NCBI GenBank assembly: GCA_951813605.1
Contig: OX638379.1
Span: 752,471 to 816,470, forward strand
Length of the DNA: 64,000 nucleotides
Reading direction: 5' to 3'
Origin: an uncultured Bryobacterales bacterium
Lineage (GTDB): Bacteria > Acidobacteriota > Terriglobia > Bryobacterales > UBA6623
Shown here: positions 55,987 to 64,000 of the stretch, in pieces
Numbering within the stretch: position 1 is the stretch's first letter
How the letters are laid out: each line of letters starts with the position of its first letter
Notes under the pieces: generated by a model
The model's database searches: none
What the model was told of the DNA's origin: nothing
Seen by the model: the letters and a program-made list of their open reading frames with translations, nothing else
Made by a program: the position numbers and the translations under genes

Positions 55987-58368
55987 TTAGCTCCTCGAAC
56001 TCCCTCGTGTCTGTCGCAATCGGAACGGCGGGCTCTTCACCACGCCCAGCACCAAGTCGGCAAACCGATAGCCATTGCCTTCGGTGTCTCGCAGAACCTG
56101 CCGAACGGCGGGCAGGTCTCTGGGATCCAGTTCCCGCCCGAGTGCGTAGGTCAGCAAGCGCTCCACCGCGGAGCGCGCGAACCGGTCCGGACGGCTCAAC
56201 AGGAGATTCCTTAGCCCCTCCGGCCCGGAAAACGTCTCGCCGGAAGGCAGCGATCCCGACGGATCGATTGCCTCTCCCTCGTCTTCGGTCCGCCATCGAC
56301 CGATTACATCGAAATTCTCCAGCGCGAACCCCAGTGGATCGATGCGGGCGTGGCAGGAAGCGCAGCCGGGATCGGCCCTGTGCCGCTCCACCTGTTCCCT
56401 CGTCGTGAGCTTGCGACCGTCCGCTGGGCTCTCGTCGAGTGCAGGCACGTCGGCAGGCGGGGGAGGGGGCGGGGAATTCAGCAGATTATCGAGGATCCAC
56501 TTGCCTCTCAGCACTGGCGACGTCCTGGCCGCGTGGGATGTCAGCATCAGGAATCCGCCCTGCCCGAGCAGTCCGCCCCGCTGGGGGTTGCCGGCCAGTG
56601 ACACGCGCCGGAATCCCGGGCCCACTACGCCTTCAATCCCGTAATTCCGCGCCAGTCGCTCGTTCAAATAGGTGTAGTCCGCGCCGAGCAGGTCCAATAC
56701 GCTGCGGTTTTCGCGGATCACGCTGCGTATGAAGAATTGGGATTCCTTCCGAAACGCGGTCATGAGCGATGAATCGAATTCGGGATAGGCTTTCGGGTCC
56801 GGTCGAGACCGACCCAGCCCTCGCAATCCGAGCCACTGCGCTGCAAAGTTGTCCGCCAAGGTTGTCGCGCGTGGATTCTGGAGCATTCGTCGCAGTTGGC
56901 GCTCCAAGGCCGCCGGATCCCTCAATCTTCCGCTACTGGCGATGTCGAGCAACTCGTCATCCGGGATGCTGCTCCACAGGAAAAACGAAAGCCGAGAGGC
57001 CAACTCGAAGTCGGAGACCGGGAGCGGCTTGCCCGGGGCGCTCTCGACGGGATCGAACTCGAGACGGAACAGAAAATCCGGCGCTAGCAAGATCTCTCGC
57101 AATGCGGCTGCGATCGAGGCCTCGAATCCCTGCGCTTTGCGAGCTGCCTCGTAGGTTGCTAGCAGCGGACGCAGGTCCTCGTCTGAGACGTCCCGCCGAA
57201 AGGCCCGTCGCGCCAGCGTGGCAAGAATTCTGGATGCGCACTGGGACTCGTCTGCGGGACCCTTGGGCCGGCAAATGAGAATCCGCCTGCGGCTGGGGGT
57301 TTTACTGACTCCCGTCACGTTGTAGGGGCCAATGATCTCGATTCTGCCCAGAATGGGAGGCCCGGGCAGCCCCTCCATGGCGGCGTGGCCGGCGTTCATG
57401 CCTTCGATCTCGAAGAGCTTCACGCGCTGACCGTCCACGCGAAAATCGATTGTGCGCCGGATCGCCGTACCGAGGAGGTCGAGGGGTCCGCCCAAGGCTT
57501 TCCCACCGGGCCCGCCTACATCCAAAACCGGACCTTCTCGGGCTGCGAACTCGTCGGGAAACGTTACCACGATCTCATGCGGGCCGGCCGTCAGCCGAGT
57601 CCTGGTGCGGAAGAACCGGACTCCTTCCGTCGGCGTCAAGCTCTGCCTCTCGAGAAACGCCCGCAAGTCGTATTCGCCGTCGTAGGGGAAGTGGTGGTTG
57701 ATTCGTGTGCCGCCGCGTGTGCCGAATGGCATGCCTTCTCCCTGCCACGTAGCCTGCGGACCCTTGGCCGGGAAGATTTCAGTGACCGGCGAGGGATCGC
57801 TCACTCCCAGGGCGAGTTGACTAATCCTCCGAGCCAGCTTCAAGTACCGCTCGAGCAACAGGGGAGACATCGAGAGTGCGTCTCCGATATTGTCGAAGCC
57901 CGCAGCTTGACCGTCCGGCGGCAGCTGAGCCGCCAGAGGCAAGTTGATGGCAAGCAGATCGCGTATGGCGTTGCTGTACTCCATGCGATTCAAGCGGCGG
58001 ATAACCTCGCGACCCGCATAGGGCTTTAGTGTCGCTGCGGCATCGAGGTCGGCGATCAGTGCCGCCGAAAAAGACCGCAATTCGGCTTCAGCCGGACGCG
58101 GAGCCCCGGCCGGCGGCATCTCGCCGTCAGCGAGCTTCCGGGCGACTTTCTCCCAAATGTGCGGATGAGCGGAAGGATTGTCCGTGGGAATTTCTTCCAG
58201 CGCCAGGCCTCCCGACCGGATGCTGCTGCTATGACACCCCAGGCAGTTCTGATTGAGAAATGCTTCCCGCTCTGCTGACAGAGCGTAATTCTGTGCCTGC
58301 AACTGCGGGGACAAGCCCAGTAGCAATGCGGCGATGAAGCTGCAAGACGTGCCGCCCCAAGTCGCCAT
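55987..58368 (-). CDS. Cytochrome-c-domain protein of the DUF1587/DUF1592/DUF1595/DUF1588/DUF1585 family (PSCyt3/PSD type)
   Basis: ATG 58368 gives a signal peptide ending PQLQAQ. Heme motif CLGCH. Family blocks RRLNRMEYSNAIRDLLAINLP, LASRLSFFLWSSIPDDELLDIA, FAAQWLGLRGL, TSPVLRGKWILDNLL and CASCHARIDPLGFALENFD. Confidence 0.9.
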   Translation of the reverse strand: MATWGGTSCSFIAALLLGLSPQLQAQNYALSAEREAFLNQNCLGCHSSSIRSGGLALEEIPTDNPSAHPHIWEKVARKLADGEMPPAGAPRPAEAELRSFSAALIADLDAAATLKPYAGREVIRRLNRMEYSNAIRDLLAINLPLAAQLPPDGQAAGFDNIGDALSMSPLLLERYLKLARRISQLALGVSDPSPVTEIFPAKGPQATWQGEGMPFGTRGGTRINHHFPYDGEYDLRAFLERQSLTPTEGVRFFRTRTRLTAGPHEIVVTFPDEFAAREGPVLDVGGPGGKALGGPLDLLGTAIRRTIDFRVDGQRVKLFEIEGMNAGHAAMEGLPGPPILGRIEIIGPYNVTGVSKTPSRRRILICRPKGPADESQCASRILATLARRAFRRDVSDEDLRPLLATYEAARKAQGFEASIAAALREILLAPDFLFRLEFDPVESAPGKPLPVSDFELASRLSFFLWSSIPDDELLDIASSGRLRDPAALERQLRRMLQNPRATTLADNFAAQWLGLRGLGRSRPDPKAYPEFDSSLMTAFRKESQFFIRSVIRENRSVLDLLGADYTYLNERLARNYGIEGVVGPGFRRVSLAGNPQRGGLLGQGGFLMLTSHAARTSPVLRGKWILDNLLNSPPPPPPADVPALDESPADGRKLTTREQVERHRADPGCASCHARIDPLGFALENFDVIGRWRTEDEGEAIDPSGSLPSGETFSGPEGLRNLLLSRPDRFARSAVERLLTYALGRELDPRDLPAVRQVLRDTEGNGYRFADLVLGVVKSPPFRLRQTRGSSRS

Positions 58369-58959
58369 GTTCAAAGTGGGCCGCCGATTTCGCCTGCGAA
58401 AGATCCTCGGCTCGTTGCAGTCTCCAGCCGCCACGGTGATGGGCATTTCCACTCATATCGTACAAGGGGAACGAGACCAAATTGTGCGGTCGATCGAGGA
58501 ATTCAGACAACATTGCGCCTGACGGTTTGAAGTTGGGGGATATCGCTTGCTTGTGTGTATCGGGGTGTCGGGGCGCGGAGGGATCACGGGCGGGTCGCAA
58601 TAGCTTGATAAACCGCCGCGGGCTTGGCAATCATTGCGGCTGTAGGAAAGGTCGCTTCATCGTCCGTGAATTCAGCATCGGGATGGGTCCGGATGCCTGA
58701 AATGCGGGCCAGGAGCATCTTGACTCGCTTGGCGAGCGCAATCAACAAGATCAGCTCTCGACGTTATTTTGGGCCTTGCGTGATTGTGTCCCTATGAATC
58801 CCGCTATTCGCATCAGTACGAAGCAGCCTTCGAAACAAGGTTGTATCTCACTGCAGTCGACGAATTTGAACAGGGGGTGTTGCGGGCAGGACAGGAAACG
58901 ACCGTTATGTTGCTCAAAGGGCGTTCGAGGACGCAGGCTTTGTCGGAGTTCCGCTGGAT

Positions 58960-59215
58960 GACCACGACCGCCGCAACAGCGCTCCTTGCGGTCGGGAAGA
59001 GGCCGCGCCTTCGACACCAGCTCGGGCGAGGTCCTCTGGTAGCAGTGGCTCTCGGCGCGTGGCAACGCGCCCGTCAAGACGCACTTGGTCTTGGACGAGA
59101 AAGCACTCGGGACCGCCGCGACCTCCCAATCGCCTGCGGTTCGGGCTGCAGGCGTCAAGTGCCTAGGCAAAGGCGTGCCGATCGGGGAAGGGGACAGCCT
59201 GGTTGACGTTTGGAG
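58960..59215 (+). pseudogene. Decayed C-terminal fragment of a PQQ-dependent dehydrogenase paralogue
   Basis: The translation ...GRGRAFDTSSGEVLW*QWLSARGNAPVKTHLVLDEK...[13 protein letters not shown] aligns with the C-terminus of the 42219-44117 protein (KFRAFDTSSGEILFEHQLSAGGYATPCTYAVAGKQ...SGDEFVAFSLG). There is an in-frame TAG at 59040-59042 and an apparent frameshift near 59000. No upstream propeller sequence is present. Confidence 0.5.
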
Positions 59216-59216
59216 G

Positions 59217-59702
59217 CTAGTCGCGCCTTGGCCAGTCTCCAGCCATCCGCCTCAGCATGACTAGCTGGCCGAGATGATACGAGTTGTGATCCGCCACAAG
59301 CAGAGCCTCGCGAAGAATCGTCTGTCCTTGACCGTGCGGGATAGAGGCGAACAAGTCCACTCCCGGATCCAATACCAACTGTTTCATTTCTTCGAGGTCG
59401 GATTGAAATTGGGCAATGCTGCTACTCCAAGCACCATCACCGGGTGGCGCTTCCTCGGGCGGCCAGTAGCCGGAAGGGAATTCCGGCGAGACGTGATCCG
59501 GATCCCGACTGAACTCGAGAATATCCCGCTGGCAGATACGCAGGTGCTCGAGCAGCTGCCAAGCCGAGTGAGGGCATCCGGCCGGCTTAGCGCCTCGGAG
59601 CTTGGGTGGCCACCCGGATAGGACGGTGCTGGAATTCACGTGCGCGTCTTCCCAATCCAGCAGGCGGACTATGTGTTCGCGCAAACCCTGTTGATCTTGC
59701 AT
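59217..59702 (-). CDS. DinB-family (DinB_2) metal-dependent four-helix-bundle protein
   Basis: 161 aa. C-terminal [14 protein letters not shown] and the earlier His-containing helices fit the DinB superfamily. Confidence 0.75.
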   Translation of the reverse strand: MQDQQGLREHIVRLLDWEDAHVNSSTVLSGWPPKLRGAKPAGCPHSAWQLLEHLRICQRDILEFSRDPDHVSPEFPSGYWPPEEAPPGDGAWSSSIAQFQSDLEEMKQLVLDPGVDLFASIPHGQGQTILREALLVADHNSYHLGQLVMLRRMAGDWPRRD

Positions 59703-59983
59703 TGGTTTCTGTCGTCGTCGAAATCCATTCGACCCTGATAGGTTAGCGGCGAACGAGCTCGTGCTGAAAGTGATCGGATCGCGGCACCCTCTCCCGAAAC
59801 GACGGAGCCGAAGTCATTTCGAGGTGGGTGCACCATAGGCTATGCCTTGTGCCGGGCCGATTGCAAGCATGGTGTTGACTCGAAATCTCCAAGATGCAGG
59901 GCTCGCGGTGCCTCAGCCAAGCGCAGGATCCTGCGTTTAGGCGGACTCGGCGTGATCCGAGATCGACCAACGCATGCCTGGCA

Positions 59984-61108
59984 TCATGGTTCTACTGTGA
60001 TGCCGAAGCTCGCCGGCATCGGAACAGCTAGCTCGGACCCATCCCCGCGACCGATCAAGGTGAGAGTTCCGCTCGAAAGCTTTGCCTCCGCGACGCCGCG
60101 ATACTGGCTGGGAATCGCAGTCAAGAACCCTACGTACGACCTAGTCTTGCTTTCCGACGCATCGAGGAAATCCAGCAGCGGCCGACCAAAGATCTCGCCC
60201 TTGCGAACCAGCGTGGAAAACGGTTGGTGCAGTCCGGTCGTGCCGAACTCGAGCCCTCTCGCAAGAGGCTTGCCGAACTCGACTCGGCGCCAGATGTTAA
60301 GCCACGGATACTCGGCTGTCAGCCATACGTAGCCGATCAGCAGACCCATCCCGGGGTTTGCGGCCGTGACCCACCCAATCTCGTCCTCGATCACGTAAGA
60401 GACGACATTCGGATCGTGGTCGTCGGAGAGCAACCGAAGATCAACCGGCTCCCCGTCCTTGAGCGCGGTCGGCCATAACACCGACGGAACCTCCGGATTC
60501 GGCATCTCGCCGCCCTGCATAAATCCCTTCGCGGCGTTCGAGTCCACGACCACGGTTTTGTCGAGGAAGGGTGGACCTAGAGTCGGATGCTGCACCATGT
60601 TGTAGACTCGCCCCAGCTTGTTGCGATTCGTGACGGTCTCGACGACGTGGAACCATGGGGCGTCCGAGGCTAGCTTCAGGTGGCGCTCGACTCTCAGGCC
60701 GGCCATGGGCAAATCGGCAAACATCCGCACGCTGGTCGGCTGCTGATCGAGGATCTCCCAGCTCACCTTCGTTGCTTCGCCGTGGCTCGGCATGCCGTTG
60801 GCCGATTCGGCGTCCGATGGCAGCCCCCAGCGATCCAAACAAAGGAAGTGACTCATTGACCGAGGCTCGTCTGTGGGTCCGTGATTAGCCCAGCGCAGCG
60901 GATTCAATCCGTGGCCGACGAGATGAAAGTCGACGATCGAGCCGCCCAGGATGTCAACCACGAGGCGCGCGCGGCGACCCTCCAATCCAACGGAGCGTCG
61001 GCCGTCTACCACGTCTTCTGCGAGAAGTGGGCATAGAATTGCGATGGATAGCACGACAAGGTTGGACAAGCTGCGCATGACTCGCAAGCTTAACGCAAGC
61101 AGATTCAT
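59984..61108 (-). CDS. Secreted hypothetical protein, possibly aldose-1-epimerase/mutarotase-like fold
   Basis: The signal peptide and coding-like composition make the ORF credible. GGSIVDFHL...HGEATKVSWEI...RVERHLKL...VETVTNRN is reminiscent of mutarotase-like/DUF4432 proteins. The functional call is weak. Confidence 0.45.
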   Translation of the reverse strand: MNLLALSLRVMRSLSNLVVLSIAILCPLLAEDVVDGRRSVGLEGRRARLVVDILGGSIVDFHLVGHGLNPLRWANHGPTDEPRSMSHFLCLDRWGLPSDAESANGMPSHGEATKVSWEILDQQPTSVRMFADLPMAGLRVERHLKLASDAPWFHVVETVTNRNKLGRVYNMVQHPTLGPPFLDKTVVVDSNAAKGFMQGGEMPNPEVPSVLWPTALKDGEPVDLRLLSDDHDPNVVSYVIEDEIGWVTAANPGMGLLIGYVWLTAEYPWLNIWRRVEFGKPLARGLEFGTTGLHQPFSTLVRKGEIFGRPLLDFLDASESKTRSYVGFLTAIPSQYRGVAEAKLSSGTLTLIGRGDGSELAVPMPASFGITVEP

Positions 61109-61373
61109 GATTGACGATTTCGTCCGGCGCTCTGTTCTCCAGCCGTATGCGACATCTCGCTTCTGGCGAACTAGCTCGTCGCCCCCGAGGTGCCGACGCA
61201 GGCAATCAATTCATCTCGCTGGCAACAGGCTGTCAGACCGCAAAGTTTGCGACGGAAACCGCCTCCAAGCTTGTATTCGAACGCATGCTCCGTCTATACG
61301 GCTCTCGAGACACCCGCGCCAACACCGTCGCTTGTAGCTCCCAATGTACGGGCGGTTGCGGAGTGGACGGAAC

Positions 61374-62651
61374 TTAAGCCAGTATCTCGGCGACAGGTCG
61401 CCCTTGGTCGGTAATTGGCACGGGTCGATTGTTCGAATAAAGATTCTTCGCGAAGTCGATGCCCAACGTGGCAAAAATAGTCGCAAAGTAGTCGGGTACA
61501 AGTGTCCGCCTGTCCACAATCGCCTTGCCGATCTCGTCCGTCCTGCCAACCGCGACGCCTCCGCGCACGGCTCCTCCGGCAAACAACGTGCTGAACGCGT
61601 CCGCCTGATGACCTCGCCCTCCGTAGGCGTCGAATTCTGGTGGCCGACCGAACTCCGTCGAGACGACAACCAACGTCCGGTCGAAGAGTCGATGCCGTTC
61701 GAGGTCGTCCAGCAAGGAAGACAGGGCCCTGTCCAGGTCTTGAATCAGCAGGTGCTGCTTCAGAATGCCGTCCTGATGCACATCCCACCCCGTGCCGTTC
61801 AGGAAATTCAAATTGAACGACACCTCAATGAAGCGCACGCCGGCCTGAACCAGTCGCCTCGCGAGTAGACAGCGCTGTCCAAAATCGCTTCCGTACGAAT
61901 CGCGCACCGCCGACGGCTCCTGATCAAGGCGAAACACATCCATGAAGCGCTGACCCGCCATGCGGAATCCTTGTTCGCTGACCTCTGCCTTGGCTCGGAC
62001 GATGGTGTCGTCGTCGTTGCGCTCCAAGTAGTCCGCGCGCAGCCGACCGAGCAGGACTTGCCGCCGCTTCTGCCGGTCGCTGTCGACATCGGGGGCCGGA
62101 TTCAATCCCGTTGGCCCCGTTTCGATCTGGGTCAAGTAGACGTAGCCGCTTCCAGCGCCCAAGAACCCGGGATCACGCATGATGTTGGGGTAGCCCATCA
62201 CCACGTATGGCGGCACGTCGTCGGATTTCGCGCCCAGCTCATGCGAAACGAGCGAGCCCACAGACGGATAGATAATTGTCCCGCTGGGTTTGCGGCCCGT
62301 GTGCATGAGGTTCGAAGCCGCGCCGTGCTGGCTGTTCAGATCGTGGCTTACCGTGCGTAGCAGTGCGCAACGATCCATGCGATCGGCCACTCGCGGGAGA
62401 TGCTCGCATAACCGGATGTCCAGCGCGGCAGTCGGAATGGAATCGTAATAGGACCCTGGCGTGTCTTTCCCGTCCCCGCGACGCTTGGGGTCGAATGTAT
62501 CGATGTGACCGGCACCGCCTCCAAGCCAAATATGAATGCAGGCATCAGCCTTGCCGTTCGGCGTAGGCTCCGCGCGCGACACGGTGCCCAGCGAACCGGC
62601 GGCACCTGCCAAGGCACCTTGCAGGACGTCCCTTCGAGTCGGCTGCATCAT
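61374..62651 (-). CDS. DUF1501 domain protein (Tat signal)
   Basis: AGGAG lies 7 nt upstream of ATG 62651. N-terminus MMQPTRRDVLQGALAGAAGSLGTVSRA. Paralogous to the 27747-29192 protein. Starts 12 nt after the stop of the upstream DUF1553 gene. Confidence 0.9.
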   Translation of the reverse strand: MMQPTRRDVLQGALAGAAGSLGTVSRAEPTPNGKADACIHIWLGGGAGHIDTFDPKRRGDGKDTPGSYYDSIPTAALDIRLCEHLPRVADRMDRCALLRTVSHDLNSQHGAASNLMHTGRKPSGTIIYPSVGSLVSHELGAKSDDVPPYVVMGYPNIMRDPGFLGAGSGYVYLTQIETGPTGLNPAPDVDSDRQKRRQVLLGRLRADYLERNDDDTIVRAKAEVSEQGFRMAGQRFMDVFRLDQEPSAVRDSYGSDFGQRCLLARRLVQAGVRFIEVSFNLNFLNGTGWDVHQDGILKQHLLIQDLDRALSSLLDDLERHRLFDRTLVVVSTEFGRPPEFDAYGGRGHQADAFSTLFAGGAVRGGVAVGRTDEIGKAIVDRRTLVPDYFATIFATLGIDFAKNLYSNNRPVPITDQGRPVAEILA

Positions 62652-62663
62652 ACGTTGCTCCTG

Positions 62664-64000
62664 TTACGGGATGATCGAGAATTCCGGTGAATTGACGACG
62701 GCCCAGACCATGTCCTCAAAACGCTCCCGGAAGTCGGCGGTTAACCTCTCGGTCGGGGGGTCTCCCATCCGGACCCGTCGTTCTTCTTCCATCCGGATAA
62801 GAGTGCTCTCCGGGTCAAAGTGGTTAGCCCAGGAGACCCTCCGATCCGTCTTGTCGCGCGTATCGGCGCGGTCGTCCTCACTGTTGCGGTTGACGATCCG
62901 GTCCGGGAAGCTAGGGCCTAAATGGTCCAGCATCATTTGCCGCTCGGAAGGCATCGCACGGCGCGTGAGCGCCCGCTGAAACACGATGTCGACCATGTCA
63001 TCCAAGGGACGGTCCTCCAGCGCGAGACGTGTGAAGAAGCTGTCGTCGGAGAGTCGCGTGATGCGGACTCCAGTAGAGCCGTTCGCCAGAGCCAGCGTCT
63101 GCATTGGGGACGGATCGTCGTCGCGGGCGGAGAGCGGACTCTGGCGGGACTGGCGCCAGCCGTATGCCGACAGCAAGTCGACGACGGCTTGCGCCCTGGG
63201 GAGGGCCAAGCTGGGTCGGTCCCGCTCGTTCGACAGCGCCGTCATCTCCCATGCGCGCCGAGGAGAACCCATGTTCAGGAACTGCCGCAAAGCACGGTCA
63301 CCGAGCGGATTCAGGTTAAGTTCTTCCGAGTCCAGTCCTTTACCCGCCACGGCATGCAGCGAGTCCACCAACTGCTCGGCCGACATGGACCGGCGCAGTG
63401 GCCCCGCAAACAATTTGGCACGATCTCCGGGATTCGAATGATCGCTCGGCACTGGCCTGCGCTGGTACGTGTGCGAGCGAAGAATCAGAGCGCTCAGATG
63501 TTTCAAGTCGTAGCCGCTCGTAACGAACTCGCGTGCCAGGTAGGCGAGCAGGTCAGGATTCGCGACGCTGGCTCCCGCCCAATCGTCCACGGGCTCGACG
63601 ATCCCGCGTCCTAGCAAGCGCTGCCAGACGCGGTTCGCGACGACTTCGGCGAAGCGTTCGTTGGCCGGACTCACCACAAGCGACGCCAGCAGGTAACGGG
63701 AGTCGACAGTGGTATTCCGCGGCGGCGGAGCCACAGCCATGCCCACGGCGGTCCCCTCGAATGGCCAGTGCGGGTCGATCGACTCGCCCGGCTTGAGTGT
63801 GACCTTTACGGAGGGCTGGCGCCCCCCTTCGCGGACTGGCACGGTGCTCGACTCGGGCAGGGCGATCGCATCGCCCTCGAGCATGGCCGCGATGCCAAAC
63901 AGGTCCTTCTGCAGGAACGGATGGAAAGGGGCGTCGTGGCAGCGCGCGCAGGAAAGCTTGCTCGCCAGAAACGCCTGGGCCAGAATGTCCGCTTTCGCCG
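62664..64000 (-). CDS. DUF1553 (PSD1) domain protein, partial; the 5-prime end lies beyond the window
   Basis: The reading frame stays open upstream of the tracked Met at 63884. Nucleotides 63885-63998 translate to AKADILAQAFLASKLSCARCHDAPFHPFLQKDLFGIAA, which contains the DUF1553 C-x-x-C-H-D block, so the gene continues past 64000. Confidence 0.9.
   Translation of the reverse strand, partial: AKADILAQAFLASKLSCARCHDAPFHPFLQKDLFGIAAMLEGDAIALPESSTVPVREGGRQPSVKVTLKPGESIDPHWPFEGTAVGMAVAPPPRNTTVDSRYLLASLVVSPANERFAEVVANRVWQRLLGRGIVEPVDDWAGASVANPDLLAYLAREFVTSGYDLKHLSALILRSHTYQRRPVPSDHSNPGDRAKLFAGPLRRSMSAEQLVDSLHAVAGKGLDSEELNLNPLGDRALRQFLNMGSPRRAWEMTALSNERDRPSLALPRAQAVVDLLSAYGWRQSRQSPLSARDDDPSPMQTLALANGSTGVRITRLSDDSFFTRLALEDRPLDDMVDIVFQRALTRRAMPSERQMMLDHLGPSFPDRIVNRNSEDDRADTRDKTDRRVSWANHFDPESTLIRMEEERRVRMGDPPTERLTADFRERFEDMVWAVVNSPEFSIIP

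Noticed and set aside
1-64000. tRNA, rRNA, CRISPR arrays, tandem-repeat arrays, transposases, integrases, defence-system genes
   Set aside because: I scanned for T-loop-like GGTTCGAATCC-type motifs, regularly spaced repeats and recombinase/transposase-like translations and saw none. This was a by-eye scan, so tRNAscan-SE, Infernal, CRISPR finders and defence-system HMMs should be run to confirm.

Overview
GC-rich 64-kb chromosomal segment. The gene content points to an Acidobacteriota (Solibacter/Bryobacter-like) or PVC-type heterotroph; this taxonomy is inferred from content only. That content is: TonB-dependent receptors with carboxypeptidase-regulatory-like N-termini, four Cys-type sulfatases, two DUF1549/DUF1553+DUF1501 pairs, one DUF1592-family+DUF1552 pair, TPR and CRTAC1/ASPIC-UnbV proteins, and eight twin-arginine signal peptides. 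I can support about 33 intact protein genes and four decayed gene fragments. I found no rRNA, tRNA, CRISPR array, transposase, integrase or recognisable transcription factor. Layout: (i) 0-25.5 kb holds sulfatases, TonB-dependent receptors, a GH38-like glycosidase and an esterase, resembling a SusD-less polysaccharide-utilisation region. (ii) 26-32 kb holds a Tat-exported Gfo/Idh/MocA oxidoreductase and the first DUF1553/DUF1501 pair. (iii) 32.7-35.3 kb holds an M20 peptidase and a class-III aminotransferase. (iv) 37.7-52.4 kb is a catabolic island with a GMC oxidoreductase, a ThDP enzyme carrying a Tat signal, a Tat-exported PQQ dehydrogenase, and an ABC transporter split around HyuA/HyuB-like ATP-dependent hydrolase/carboxylase genes plus a 63-aa Cys4 (TRASH-pattern) protein. 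(v) 52.9-58.4 kb is a tightly coupled operon of a DUF1592-family cytochrome-domain protein, a DUF1552 protein and a secreted ankyrin-repeat protein. (vi) 59-64 kb holds a DinB-family protein, a mutarotase-like protein and a second DUF1553/DUF1501 pair that runs off the window. The candidates most worth follow-up are the ankyrin-containing DUF1592/DUF1552 operon, the hyuA-hyuB-TRASH trio with its split ABC transporter, the Tat-signal ThDP enzyme, and the four paralogue-derived gene remnants. All functional calls come from motif recognition by eye; no database search was run.
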